Assembly (NCBI GenBank): GCA_963703315.1 | Contig: OY969811.1 | Span: 2,528,001 to 2,592,000 of the forward strand | Source of the DNA: an uncultured cyanobacterium | Lineage (GTDB): Bacteria; Cyanobacteriota; Cyanobacteriia; Pseudanabaenales; Pseudanabaenaceae | Direction of reading: 5' to 3' | Length of the DNA: 64,000 bases | In this document: piece by piece, positions 29,084 through 38,460 of the stretch | Numbering within the stretch: position 1 is the first letter of the stretch | How the letters are laid out: each line of letters opens with the position of its first letter | Notes under the pieces: generated by a model | Databases searched by the model: none | What the model was told of the DNA's origin: nothing | Seen by the model: the letters and a program-made list of their open reading frames with translations, nothing else | Program-made: the position numbers and the translations under genes

Positions 29084-29680
29084 ATGAAACTTCCAGTTTT
29101 AAATAAAAGTACTTGGTTCGGGCTTGTGGCGGTTGCTGTAGTCGGGGGCGCTGGTGCAGCAGTGCTAATCAATGGCACGTTTAATAATCAACCCAATCCC
29201 CAATCATCTGCCCCAGCCTCGATCAATCAAGTTACCCAATCTCCACCTGCGACTAGAGCCGTAGATGGTCAGTTGGCAGTGTATTGGATTGAATCCAAAC
29301 AAAATAAACTGATTGCTGTGCCGATCGCTGTCAAAGCCAAGAGTAATGATGAGGCGATCGCTACGGTAATTAACACTTTAATAGCCGAAAAGCCGCCTGA
29401 ATCCGAGCTTTATAGCGCCATTCCTGCCAATACTAAGGTTTTGAGTGCTGCAACGAAAAACAAGGAAATTCGCCTGAATTTATCGAAAGACTTTACTAAG
29501 GGTGGTGGATCGGCTTCGATGCAAGGACGCATTATTCAGGTTTTATACACAGCTACTAGTCTCGAACCTGACGCAAAAGTATTTTTGTCCGTTGAAGGTA
29601 AACCTCTCAAATATATTGGTGGTGAAGGTTTAGAAGTACCGCAACCGATGACACGTAAAGATTTTGCGCTAGAGTTTTAA
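29084..29680 (+). CDS. GerMN-domain exported protein
   Basis: N-terminal TM; SAIPANT.., GGGSASMQGR..QVLYTAT. Confidence 0.9.
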   Translation: MKLPVLNKSTWFGLVAVAVVGGAGAAVLINGTFNNQPNPQSSAPASINQVTQSPPATRAVDGQLAVYWIESKQNKLIAVPIAVKAKSNDEAIATVINTLIAEKPPESELYSAIPANTKVLSAATKNKEIRLNLSKDFTKGGGSASMQGRIIQVLYTATSLEPDAKVFLSVEGKPLKYIGGEGLEVPQPMTRKDFALEF

Positions 29681-29738
29681 TGACGTGCGTTGCACATTTG
29701 CACATCATTAAAACAAAACAAAACATTTTTAGTTAATT

Positions 29739-31316
29739 ATGCCGCCGATCAAATTGCCTGACCTTTTGCCTGATATTGACAGCCTAAGTCTGATTGAGCA
29801 AGTCTCGCAAATGCTAGTGGTGCGTACCTGTGGGATGTTGTATGACCATCAGATTCAATATCCACAATGGGAATTGCCCAATGCTGCTTTAAAAACTCTG
29901 ATCGGTGAATATGGTGTCGGCGGCGTAATTTTACTTGGTGGCAGTGCTGCGGAAATTGCTTTAAAAACTCAACAAATGCAGTCATGGGCAAAAGTGCCAT
30001 TACTGATTGCGGCGGATATTGAAGAAGGCGTGGGACAGCGCTTTAGCGGCGCAACATGGTTTCCGCCACCAATGGCTTTACAAGAAGTGGTGATGAAATA
30101 TGCCGAAGATATGGGCAGAATTACGGCTGAGGAAGCTCTGGCGATCGGCATCAATTGGCTGCTTGCGCCGATTGTCGATGTGAATAATAATCCTGAAAAC
30201 CCTGTGATCAACGTACGGGCTTTTGGGATTACCGTCGGTGAGGTGATGGGGGCAACGCGAGGTTTTATTGCAGGAGCCAAGCAATATCCTGTACTGACGA
30301 CGGCGAAGCATTTTCCTGGACATGGTGATACCTCCGTGGATTCGCACTTGCAGACCCCGACCCTGACTCACGATCGCCAACGATTTGATAATGTCGAGTT
30401 TCCGCCTTTCATCAATGCGATCGCCGCAGGGGTGGATGCCGTAATGAGCGCCCATATTTTTGTGCCAGAACTCGATCCGCAAAATATTGCCACGTTGTCA
30501 CCGCATATTCTCACAGATATTTTGCGAAATGAATTGGGCTTTGAAGGTCTCATTAGCACCGATGCCCTGATCATGTCAGGTGTAGCCAATTTGGCGAGTC
30601 CTGAAGCGATCGCCGTGCAAGCAGTCAAAGCTGGTGCAGATATTTTGTTAATGCCCGTTGACCCGATCGCTACGATTCACGCGGTATGTACTGCGGTAGA
30701 GTCGGGGGAAATTAGCCGCGATCGTATTCGTGCATCAGTACAACGGATTTGGAAAGCCAAACAAAAGGTATGTGGCATTCCTAACGATTTGAGCAAACTG
30801 GGTAATCCTAAGAATATGGAAGTTGCTAAGGAGATAGCGACAAAAGCAATTAGCGTATACTCGACAATCCCAGATCTACAATCACGCGATCGCCCAAGTT
30901 CCTTAGTCAAGAATTATCTAAATTTAATCATTGTCGATGACCCGCTTACCTGTACCGAATTTCTCAACGCGCGATCGCCTGCGGTGTTGCTGCCCAAAAA
31001 CAAGAATTATCAGCGTATAGTTGCCGATGGACTAACCCTCGCCAATTTGCAATGCGATCGCTTTGCCCATATATTTATGCAAATTTTTAGCCGAGGCAAT
31101 CCCTTTCGCGGTAGTACGAATCTGCATGAACAGACTCTCAAGTTAGTCCAAGATCTATTAACAGAGAATAAACTCGAAGCGATCGTTGTCTATGGTAGTC
31201 CCTACGCTTTGGATCAATTTTTACCAATTTTGCCACCAACGATACCTTGGGGCTTTGCCTATAGTCAGCAACCAGAAGCACAGACAAAGGTTTTACAAAA
31301 ATTAGGATTTGGATAA
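29739..31316 (+). CDS. nagZ: GH3 beta-N-acetylglucosaminidase
   Basis: ADIEEGVG, KHFPGHGDTSVDSH (NagZ signature), STDALIM. Confidence 0.88.
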   Translation: MPPIKLPDLLPDIDSLSLIEQVSQMLVVRTCGMLYDHQIQYPQWELPNAALKTLIGEYGVGGVILLGGSAAEIALKTQQMQSWAKVPLLIAADIEEGVGQRFSGATWFPPPMALQEVVMKYAEDMGRITAEEALAIGINWLLAPIVDVNNNPENPVINVRAFGITVGEVMGATRGFIAGAKQYPVLTTAKHFPGHGDTSVDSHLQTPTLTHDRQRFDNVEFPPFINAIAAGVDAVMSAHIFVPELDPQNIATLSPHILTDILRNELGFEGLISTDALIMSGVANLASPEAIAVQAVKAGADILLMPVDPIATIHAVCTAVESGEISRDRIRASVQRIWKAKQKVCGIPNDLSKLGNPKNMEVAKEIATKAISVYSTIPDLQSRDRPSSLVKNYLNLIIVDDPLTCTEFLNARSPAVLLPKNKNYQRIVADGLTLANLQCDRFAHIFMQIFSRGNPFRGSTNLHEQTLKLVQDLLTENKLEAIVVYGSPYALDQFLPILPPTIPWGFAYSQQPEAQTKVLQKLGFG

Positions 31317-31324
31317 AGCCAGTT

Positions 31325-31990
31325 ATGGCAAATTTATTGCGAGCAAATTTACTTAAGTTAATCTTGATTGCAGCGCTCACAACATTAACGTTATGGTCGT
31401 GCAGTCCTCTCTTTTTTAAAAATTCATCTTCACAACAACCTAAACCTCCAGAAAATATCACAATTCCACCAATTGCCAATATTGTTCCTAAAGACAGCCA
31501 ACCAGAACGGCTGCCTGATGCCCCCTATCTGCAAACTCCTGATGAAGCTGTGATTAAAATGCTGGAGATGGCACAGGTAAGAGCAAATGATGTTGTTTAC
31601 GATCTCGGTAGTGGCAATGGCAAAATTGTGATTGCGGCGGCTCAGAAGTTTGGAGCCAAGGCGATCGGCATTGAAATTGATCCTGAATTAATCAGGGAAT
31701 CCGAGCGCGAATTAAAAGCAGCGATCGCTAAAACCCCCGAAATTCGCGATCAGATTAAGTTTATCAAACAAGATCTTTTTAAATCAGATTTAAATGACGC
31801 TACGGTAATTACACTCTATTTACTGCCACAGGCAAATCTGCGAGTACGTTCCGAAATTCTACCTAAATTAAAATCAGGAACGCGAATAGTTTCATATAAA
31901 TACGATTTGGGAGACTTAGCTGCGAAACAAATTCAAAAAATCAAAATCGGCGATCAAGAACATCCCATTTATCAATGGATTTTAAATTAG
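31325..31990 (+). CDS. Class I SAM-dependent methyltransferase with lipoprotein-like leader
   Basis: VVYDLGSGNG, GIEID, ATVITLYL. Confidence 0.9.
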   Translation: MANLLRANLLKLILIAALTTLTLWSCSPLFFKNSSSQQPKPPENITIPPIANIVPKDSQPERLPDAPYLQTPDEAVIKMLEMAQVRANDVVYDLGSGNGKIVIAAAQKFGAKAIGIEIDPELIRESERELKAAIAKTPEIRDQIKFIKQDLFKSDLNDATVITLYLLPQANLRVRSEILPKLKSGTRIVSYKYDLGDLAAKQIQKIKIGDQEHPIYQWILN

Positions 31991-32024
31991 TAAACTAAAT
32001 CACTCCCTCTTCTTGGAGCAGAAT

Positions 32025-32202
32025 AAGTAAACCCAGAAAGCTGTGGCGCGCACGCGCAGCGTGCGCCACAGCTTTCTGGGTTTTATATTTAATTGCGCCC
32101 AGCTACTTATAGTGTTTCACAGTCTAGTGAAATATGGGATTGTTTTCCCGCCAAAGGCGGGAAAACAATCCTCTGTACCTCGCTTGCTTGAAAAGCGCTA
32201 TA
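32025..32202. mobile_element. Abutting family-A and complete family-C MITE-like elements
   Basis: ..CCCAGCTACTTA directly followed by TATAGTGTTT...AAAAGCGCTATA. Confidence 0.7.
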
Positions 32203-32246
32203 TTAGGCTTACTATGTTAGTCTATTAACCTTCTTGTTCTAGTTAA

Positions 32247-33716
32247 TTGATTCCATTGAGAAACACAATATTTACCGAGATTGCTTTAGTTGTAATTTCT
32301 CTAGCAGCAATACTTCCTGCTCAGGCAAATAGCGATCAAATCTGCACTGATCAATTACAAAATGAAGTTGCAAAAGTTGCTCAATCACCAAAATTACAAG
32401 CATCAAGAGTTGGTGTATTTGTGCAAACTAATGAGACTAATCCCAAAACATTAGCTAGTCTTGATGGCGATCGCTATTTTATTCCTGCCTCAAATGCCAA
32501 GCTATTTACAACGGCGATCGCTTTAAAAACATTGGGTGCAGACTATCGCTTTACCACAAGGCTAATGTCGAGTCATTTACCTAATGCCAAAGGCGAATTG
32601 GAACATGGACTTTGGTTAATTGGCTCAGGCGATCCCAGCTTTAGCTCCGCAACTGGATTGAAATCTCTAGTTACCCAACTCAAAAATAAAGGCGTAAAGA
32701 AGATCAATGGGGGAATTTGGACTTTAACATCTCGCAAAGGTGCAGAAATTGCCGATAGTTGGGAATGGTCGGATTTACAAGAATATTATGCAGCGATCGC
32801 TTCGACCTTTACGATTAATGAGAATTCTTTAAATTGGACAATTAGTCCGTCCCAGCTTGGCAAACCACCAATCTTTGAATGGGACAATCCTGCCTTAGCT
32901 AGTGGTTGGCGCGTTCAAAATCAAGCAATTACAGTTAGTGCCAACGCTGAATTTGACTTAAAAGTTTTCCGCCCTGATCATCAAAAAGTGCTGATTATCA
33001 CTGGACAGATACCTGAAAAATCAGAGCCAGAACTCGGCGGTGTTGCTATTCCTGATCCAGAAGCCAACTTTTTAGATTTGCTGCGTCAAGAACTAATTGC
33101 CCAAGGTATTGAAATCGCACCAGATATTGCTAATTCTAAACAAAAGCTACCACCGATCCAAGACCTCGCGATCGCCTTTTCGCCAGCACTTTCAGAACTG
33201 ATCGTCACTACAAATAAAGACAGCAACAATCTCTATGCCGAATTATTACTCAGAGCTTTAGGCGATCGATTTCATGAAGTTCTGCCCGATGACAGTGTGA
33301 AAGGTGGCATGATTGCGATTAATAAATATTTGCAATCTATCAATATTTCTCCTAACTCGGTCTTACTAGCTGATGGTTCTGGGCTATCGCGGCACAATTT
33401 AACTACACCTAGAGCGATCGTCCAACTATTACAAACCGTTGCCAGCGATCGCAATTTTCGGAGATCTTTATCCATCTCCAATGTTGATGGAACCTTAAGC
33501 AATCGCTTTAAAAATAGTCAAGCTCAAGGGTTACTCCAAGCCAAGACAGGGACATTAACAGGCACAATTGCATTGTCAGGATACGCCAATCCTCCCAGTT
33601 ATCGCGAAGTTATTTTCAGTATCATGATCAATAACAGCAATCTGCCTACCAGAGAGTTGCAACAATATATTGATGCGATCGCCTTACTCTTAACACGCCT
33701 TAAATCCTGTCCATAG
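32247..33716 (+). CDS. dacB: D-Ala-D-Ala carboxypeptidase/endopeptidase (PBP4, S13)
   Basis: PASNAK, GSGDP, SNN, DGSGLSR, KTGT. Confidence 0.95.
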   Translation: MIPLRNTIFTEIALVVISLAAILPAQANSDQICTDQLQNEVAKVAQSPKLQASRVGVFVQTNETNPKTLASLDGDRYFIPASNAKLFTTAIALKTLGADYRFTTRLMSSHLPNAKGELEHGLWLIGSGDPSFSSATGLKSLVTQLKNKGVKKINGGIWTLTSRKGAEIADSWEWSDLQEYYAAIASTFTINENSLNWTISPSQLGKPPIFEWDNPALASGWRVQNQAITVSANAEFDLKVFRPDHQKVLIITGQIPEKSEPELGGVAIPDPEANFLDLLRQELIAQGIEIAPDIANSKQKLPPIQDLAIAFSPALSELIVTTNKDSNNLYAELLLRALGDRFHEVLPDDSVKGGMIAINKYLQSINISPNSVLLADGSGLSRHNLTTPRAIVQLLQTVASDRNFRRSLSISNVDGTLSNRFKNSQAQGLLQAKTGTLTGTIALSGYANPPSYREVIFSIMINNSNLPTRELQQYIDAIALLLTRLKSCP

Positions 33717-33717
33717 A

Positions 33718-34215
33718 ATGAAAAAGTGGCTTACTTCCAACCATAAATTCATCGTCACATCAGCGATCGTCTCAGCGATCGTCTTAATGCTAGGCAGCAT
33801 TTTGATACTCACGACGATTTTTTGGTCTAAGCCCACAGTTTCATCATCATCAAATCTCTCTTTGTGTTCCCCACCAATGACAGAAATCTCCAATGTACGC
33901 CCTAGTCTACAGTTTCATCCAATTAAAATCGTAGCTGAGCCTTGGCAAGGCAAGCATAAAGTTTACGCCGTATTTGCACTGCCCTTGGCATATAAAGATA
34001 TTTACTATCAATCACACTTGCTAGTCAAAGGCTCAGACACAGTTTGGAATGTCACACCCACTGATGGACGTAAATACGGAGTCTCTACAATTCCTGATGG
34101 CAAATTTTTGGTGATTGGCTTTTTTCGGACTCGGCTAGCCCTGTTGTATTTAATCAGTGGGAAGTTTAGTGACCTTACAGACCCTTGCAATTGGATACTC
34201 TATTTTTTTCCTTAA
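33718..34215 (+). CDS. Hypothetical protein with N-terminal TM
   Basis: 165-aa ORF starting 1 bp after dacB. Confidence 0.7.
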   Translation: MKKWLTSNHKFIVTSAIVSAIVLMLGSILILTTIFWSKPTVSSSSNLSLCSPPMTEISNVRPSLQFHPIKIVAEPWQGKHKVYAVFALPLAYKDIYYQSHLLVKGSDTVWNVTPTDGRKYGVSTIPDGKFLVIGFFRTRLALLYLISGKFSDLTDPCNWILYFFP

Positions 34216-34364
34216 AATATAGACATCCTAAAGCCCGTAAAGCTGCTCCCCTGCGGGGAGCAGCTTTACGGGCTTTAGGAATTTATTTTGCTTAGGATCA
34301 TCAAAAAATGAGTGGCGGCGCAAAGCGCCGCCACTCATTTTTTGGATTTTGGTTTGCTATACAA

Positions 34365-34808
34365 TTACTTACTTTCAGATTTCTTAGTTACGCTATTGAA
34401 ATATTCCTTAGCTTTAGTGAAAGCGTACTTAACTTTATCGCCAATAGTTGGCTCAGGCAAAACTGCAACCGTAATTTCTTCATCAGGAAACTCTTTCAGA
34501 CGATAGCCATATTCCAAATTATCTTTGAACTTCCTCAAGATCGGATACAAACGGATTGCTCCCTTCAATAATTCTGCTTCCTGTTGGAAGATAGCGCGAC
34601 TAATGAGATTGCTGCGTTCTACTGCCATCGAACCCGCAGGAACCCATTCCTTCCCTTTGATGCGGATAAAAATGTTGAACTCAGGTAAACCCTTGTCCTT
34701 CATCTCATCATATCTACTCGCAGCTACCTCACGTTTGTTAGGAGCTTTTTTCTTCTTTTTCGACTGACCCGAACCACCCGCAAATCCCGTCGCCTTAGTT
34801 GCACTCAT
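34365..34808 (-). CDS. HHL1-like protein
   Basis: W.PAGSMAVERS..I.RAIF..E..LLKGA.RLYP..LEYGYRLKEFPDE. Confidence 0.75.
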   Translation of the reverse strand: MSATKATGFAGGSGQSKKKKKAPNKREVAASRYDEMKDKGLPEFNIFIRIKGKEWVPAGSMAVERSNLISRAIFQQEAELLKGAIRLYPILRKFKDNLEYGYRLKEFPDEEITVAVLPEPTIGDKVKYAFTKAKEYFNSVTKKSESK

Positions 34809-34967
34809 CGCTTTACCTTTGATTTTTTAAAAAATTTTTAGATATTTAATACGCAATGCAGAGCAGCGCATATCAAATTTTTGTAGTTATTAAATGTGTT
34901 AACAAAAGTTTACTTTAGTCGATGACGCAAACACAATCATTCTTTAGTTAAACAGTTGTGGGACTTA

Positions 34968-35201
34968 CAGCGCTTTGCGCTAAATTAACCCCCAAAGAAA
35001 TTTTTGAAAGCGCGGCAAAGCCGCGCTTTCAAAAATTTCTTAACAGCCTGTATATAGCAAAGCAAGTTTTGCTTAGGACATAAAACCAGAAGATGAGTTG
35101 CGGCGCTTCGCGCCGCAACTCGCTTCTTGGGTTTTGGTTGGTACTAGCTAACTCTTTTTTTGCTATAGCAATGTAAGTTTTGCTTAGGACATAAAAACCC
35201 A
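34968..35201. repeat. Cluster of palindromic elements and a direct repeat
   Basis: Family-B hairpin, GAGTTGCGGCGC-TTC-GCGCCGCAACTC (also at 24031), and duplicated TATAGCAA..AAGTTTTGCTTAGGACATAAAA. Confidence 0.7.
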
Positions 35202-35205
35202 AACA

Positions 35206-36594
35206 TCAAAAAACACCTGCGGATTCGTAGAGGCGACGAATGAGGGCGAGGATTTTGCGATCGTAGAGAGGATCGATCGCCCAGCGTCCTGTGAGTTGAC
35301 TTAAGACTGGGGCAACACCTCGCGCCACTAAATGGAATCGCGGCGCAACTACGGGTTGAAATAGAGGTGCATTGCTAGCATAGGCTTTGAGATGTTGGAT
35401 ATGCGCTCTTACCCCTGTCCGTTGATCGGGAAAACTTGCACCTGTGCCTTTTTCCGTCGAACTGTTAGCGGCTCCGAGACTAGCAAAATTATTTTGTTCA
35501 GGCTCAATACCTCTGCCAAATCTGAGAAATCCTGTCTCAATACACATTTGGCAGAAAGCAATATCGTGATTTACGCCTTCAATCTCGGCTTCTTCACGAT
35601 ATATGTGAGGTAAATCGCCATAGTTTGTAAGTGCATTCTCATTATTATTCTTGAGGAACATCAGCAACTGTACTGCGGAAGCATTGCCCACGCCCATAAT
35701 CTGATTGATTTGCCCCGTAAATACTTTAAAAATCGTTTTCAGATAAAGAGTGCGCGTGGTGCTATCCCAAGATACGGAAGTATTTAATTCCCGCAGGGCG
35801 ATCGCCTGTACATAGACAATACTTTGATAACGCAGACGGCAGTTTAAAGGAATCTGACTCAGATCAAAACCGAGGCGATCGACTAAATCGGCGGGAACTA
35901 ACACATTCCCCGAAACTAGAATCCCTTTTTCCTCATAGCTTTGTCCATTGAGATTGATATTAATCTCTGGATAGGTAACGGGCTTAGTCGCAGGTAAACG
36001 ATTTGCTGGTGTAAAGACAGGAATCGTCGTTGCCGTTTCATTAATCCATGCCTGTATACCATCGGCAAGTCCGATCGCATAGTCACGTCGTCTTGTTTGC
36101 ATCAGCAAGCGATCCTGTGAATTATTGGCAAATACTAATTCCAGCAAAATCGAAGGAATAGCAATTTGACGACAGAAACTCAAACTACCAATGCTAGCGA
36201 CTGTATCTGCCTTTGCGCCGCGACTAGTGATTTCAGGCACGCGCTTAGTCAATGCATTGGTGATAATTTCTGCTTGACGTTTACGAATGGCATTATTGGC
36301 AATGTAATAGGCTGTCGCCCCCCGCAATTCTGGTGAAATGACTGTATCAAGATTGAGGGACAGCGCGACATCTTGACTAGTCGCCCGTAAGTTAATCCAT
36401 GCGATCATTTCATCTAAATTCAAGTCATCACTAGGAACGGCGATCGCAATGCCACGCGATCGTAATTCTGCGATTAGCAAATCTCTGGTGGCTACCAACT
36501 CAGCCGTTTCAATCGTTCCACCTACCCCCTCACTGAGATCGCGAAACGAACCTTCAAAAACACTATGACCTGCGGAAATAAATACTTTGCCCAT
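35206..36594 (-). CDS. Amidase_3 + glucosaminidase cell-wall hydrolase (TftA-like)
   Basis: MGKVFISAGH amidase start, SILLEL; C-terminal EAEIEGVNHDIAFCQMCIETG, QNNFA.LG, GRWA. Confidence 0.85.
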   Translation of the reverse strand: MGKVFISAGHSVFEGSFRDLSEGVGGTIETAELVATRDLLIAELRSRGIAIAVPSDDLNLDEMIAWINLRATSQDVALSLNLDTVISPELRGATAYYIANNAIRKRQAEIITNALTKRVPEITSRGAKADTVASIGSLSFCRQIAIPSILLELVFANNSQDRLLMQTRRRDYAIGLADGIQAWINETATTIPVFTPANRLPATKPVTYPEININLNGQSYEEKGILVSGNVLVPADLVDRLGFDLSQIPLNCRLRYQSIVYVQAIALRELNTSVSWDSTTRTLYLKTIFKVFTGQINQIMGVGNASAVQLLMFLKNNNENALTNYGDLPHIYREEAEIEGVNHDIAFCQMCIETGFLRFGRGIEPEQNNFASLGAANSSTEKGTGASFPDQRTGVRAHIQHLKAYASNAPLFQPVVAPRFHLVARGVAPVLSQLTGRWAIDPLYDRKILALIRRLYESAGVF

Positions 36595-36861
36595 ATCTCT
36601 ATCTGCTAGTCAATTTCAGAAAGCAAAAAAGTCTCCGTGAGTGTATCAGCTTTTGTCCTGTTTGACTATTGATTTCTCAACTAGAGATACGGCGCGAAGC
36701 ACCGCCTTCTAGTTATAAACAAGGGGCTTAAGCCCCTTGTTTATATATTCATAGAGTTGCATCGCTTTGCGCCGCAACTCTATGAATGGGTTTAGCAGGA
36801 AAACTGCGATAATTATTGATGCTGATTGATGTGGGCGGGAACTACCCAAAATTACCAAATT

Positions 36862-37266
36862 ATGAAAAAAAGAGTTAACCTAACTTTCCCTAAACGAGCG
36901 ATCAATATTCCCCTCACCTATCGGCTTGCCAAGGATTTTAATATTGCCGCCAATATCATCCGCGCTCAAGTTGCTCCTAATAAAGTCGGCAAAATGGTGT
37001 TAGAGCTATCGGGCGACATTGACCAACTGGAAGAAGCGATGGATTGGATGCGATCGCAAGATATTGAGGTTTCATTACATGGACGGGAAATTGTGATTGA
37101 TGATACTGTATGTGTGGATTGTGGCTTATGTACTGGCGTATGCCCTACCGAAGCATTAACTCTCGATCCTAAAAGCTTTCAACTTACCTTTACGCGATCG
37201 CGCTGTGTCGTTTGCGAACAATGTATTACCGCTTGTCCTGTGAATGCGATCTCGATTAACCTGTAG
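36862..37266 (+). CDS. NIL domain + 2x[4Fe-4S] ferredoxin protein
   Basis: ANIIRA; CVDCGLCTGVCP and CVVCEQCITACP. Confidence 0.92.
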   Translation: MKKRVNLTFPKRAINIPLTYRLAKDFNIAANIIRAQVAPNKVGKMVLELSGDIDQLEEAMDWMRSQDIEVSLHGREIVIDDTVCVDCGLCTGVCPTEALTLDPKSFQLTFTRSRCVVCEQCITACPVNAISINL

Positions 37267-37376
37267 TATAGAAATCGGTACTTGCGATCGGTCAAATTGA
37301 TCAGTTAAAAACAGCCAGAGAGCTTATTAATTCGTCTATTTTTTGACTTGCAAGCGACTATAATGATACAAAAGTT

Positions 37377-37423
37377 AACACTTTTATAAAACACTTTTAT
37401 AAAACACTCTTACAAAACACTTT
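37377..37423 (+). repeat. 13-bp tandem repeat (about 3.6 copies) upstream of dedA
   Basis: AACACTTTTATAA x2, AACACTCTTACAA, AACACTTT. Confidence 0.8.
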
Positions 37424-37450
37424 AGCCCACTAAACTTTGAGTTATAACTC

Positions 37451-38215
37451 ATGCATTTTGAGTTTTTTTCGCTAGAAATTATTCAAGAATGGACGCAACT
37501 GTATGGATACTGGATCGTATTCTTCGGCATTATGCTGGAGAACGCAGGTATCCCATTACCAGGAGAAACCATCACCTTAGTCGGTGGTTTTTTGGCAGGA
37601 AATGGTGAATTGCGATATCCATTGGTTTTGTTATGTACTGTTGCGGGCGCGATTTTAGGAGACAGTGCGGGTTATTGGCTAGGACGTTGGGGTGGTTTGC
37701 CCGTATTAGAAAAAATCGGCAAAGTATTTCGGATGCCTAGTGATGAAATCGAGATTGCCCGTGAGAAATTTCGCGGTAGTGCTGATCGCGCTGTATTTTT
37801 TGGACGCTTTATTGCCATCCTCAGAATTTTTGCAGGTCCAATGGCAGGTCTATCGGGAATGCCCTACCAACGATTTTTATTTTTTAACTCCACAGGTGCA
37901 TTGGTTTGGGGTGTTGTCACCACAGGTGTTGCTTACTATGCAGGCACTCTTATTCCTCTAGAAACTCTGGTTTCTGGAGTTGTAAAAATCAGTTCAATTA
38001 TTTTAAGTGGGGTTGTCTTATGGTTCGCTACCCCACCTGCATTTCGTTGGCTCAAGCAGAAATTTGTGATTTGGTATAGCGCCAAAAAAGCGCAAGATGC
38101 TACACATCCTCATCCGAATCTGCAAGCCGCTCAAGAATCAGCCGTATTATTACCGATCGCTGAAAATCAACTTCAAAATAAAGTCAAGGTTAAACAGGCG
38201 ATCGATAAGGATTAA
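37451..38215 (+). CDS. dedA: DedA family membrane protein
   Basis: LENAGIPLPGE, GDSAGYWLGR, GRFIAILR. Confidence 0.93.
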   Translation: MHFEFFSLEIIQEWTQLYGYWIVFFGIMLENAGIPLPGETITLVGGFLAGNGELRYPLVLLCTVAGAILGDSAGYWLGRWGGLPVLEKIGKVFRMPSDEIEIAREKFRGSADRAVFFGRFIAILRIFAGPMAGLSGMPYQRFLFFNSTGALVWGVVTTGVAYYAGTLIPLETLVSGVVKISSIILSGVVLWFATPPAFRWLKQKFVIWYSAKKAQDATHPHPNLQAAQESAVLLPIAENQLQNKVKVKQAIDKD

Positions 38216-38250
38216 AAAAAGGGTGATGCCTGAAGGCATCACCCTTTTTT
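38214..38250. terminator. Bidirectional intrinsic terminator between dedA and the tRNA
   Basis: AAAAAAAGGGTGATGCC-TGAA-GGCATCACCCTTTTTT. Confidence 0.8.
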
Positions 38251-38253
38251 CTA

Positions 38254-38338
38254 CGGAGAGAGAGGGATTCGAACCCTCGGTTGCTTTCACAACATTCGAT
38301 TTCAAGTCGAACGCATTCGACCACTCTGCCATCTCTCC
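38254..38338 (-). tRNA. tRNA-Ser(TGA), CCA not encoded
   Basis: GGAGAGA acceptor stem, anticodon arm TTCGA-CTTGAAA-TCGAA, long variable arm, GGTTCGAATCC T-loop. Confidence 0.97.
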
Positions 38339-38460
38339 AGCTTTGTTATCTTAAAGCATCAATATGCACTAACACAAGTACAAAAAAAGAGATGTCGCAA
38401 AGCGACATCTCTTTTTTTGTATAAAAGCGCAAAATGGCTATGCCATTTTGCGCTTTGGGA

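Noticed and set aside
37343..37364. Canonical TTGACT/TATAAT promoter
   Set aside because: Spacer is only 10 bp, so the -35 assignment fails.
37377..37423. CRISPR array
   Set aside because: Contiguous 13-bp units with no spacers; no cas genes. No repeat-spacer array was found anywhere in the window.
38150..38354. Short ORFs on both strands
   Set aside because: They overlap tRNA-Ser and its terminator.
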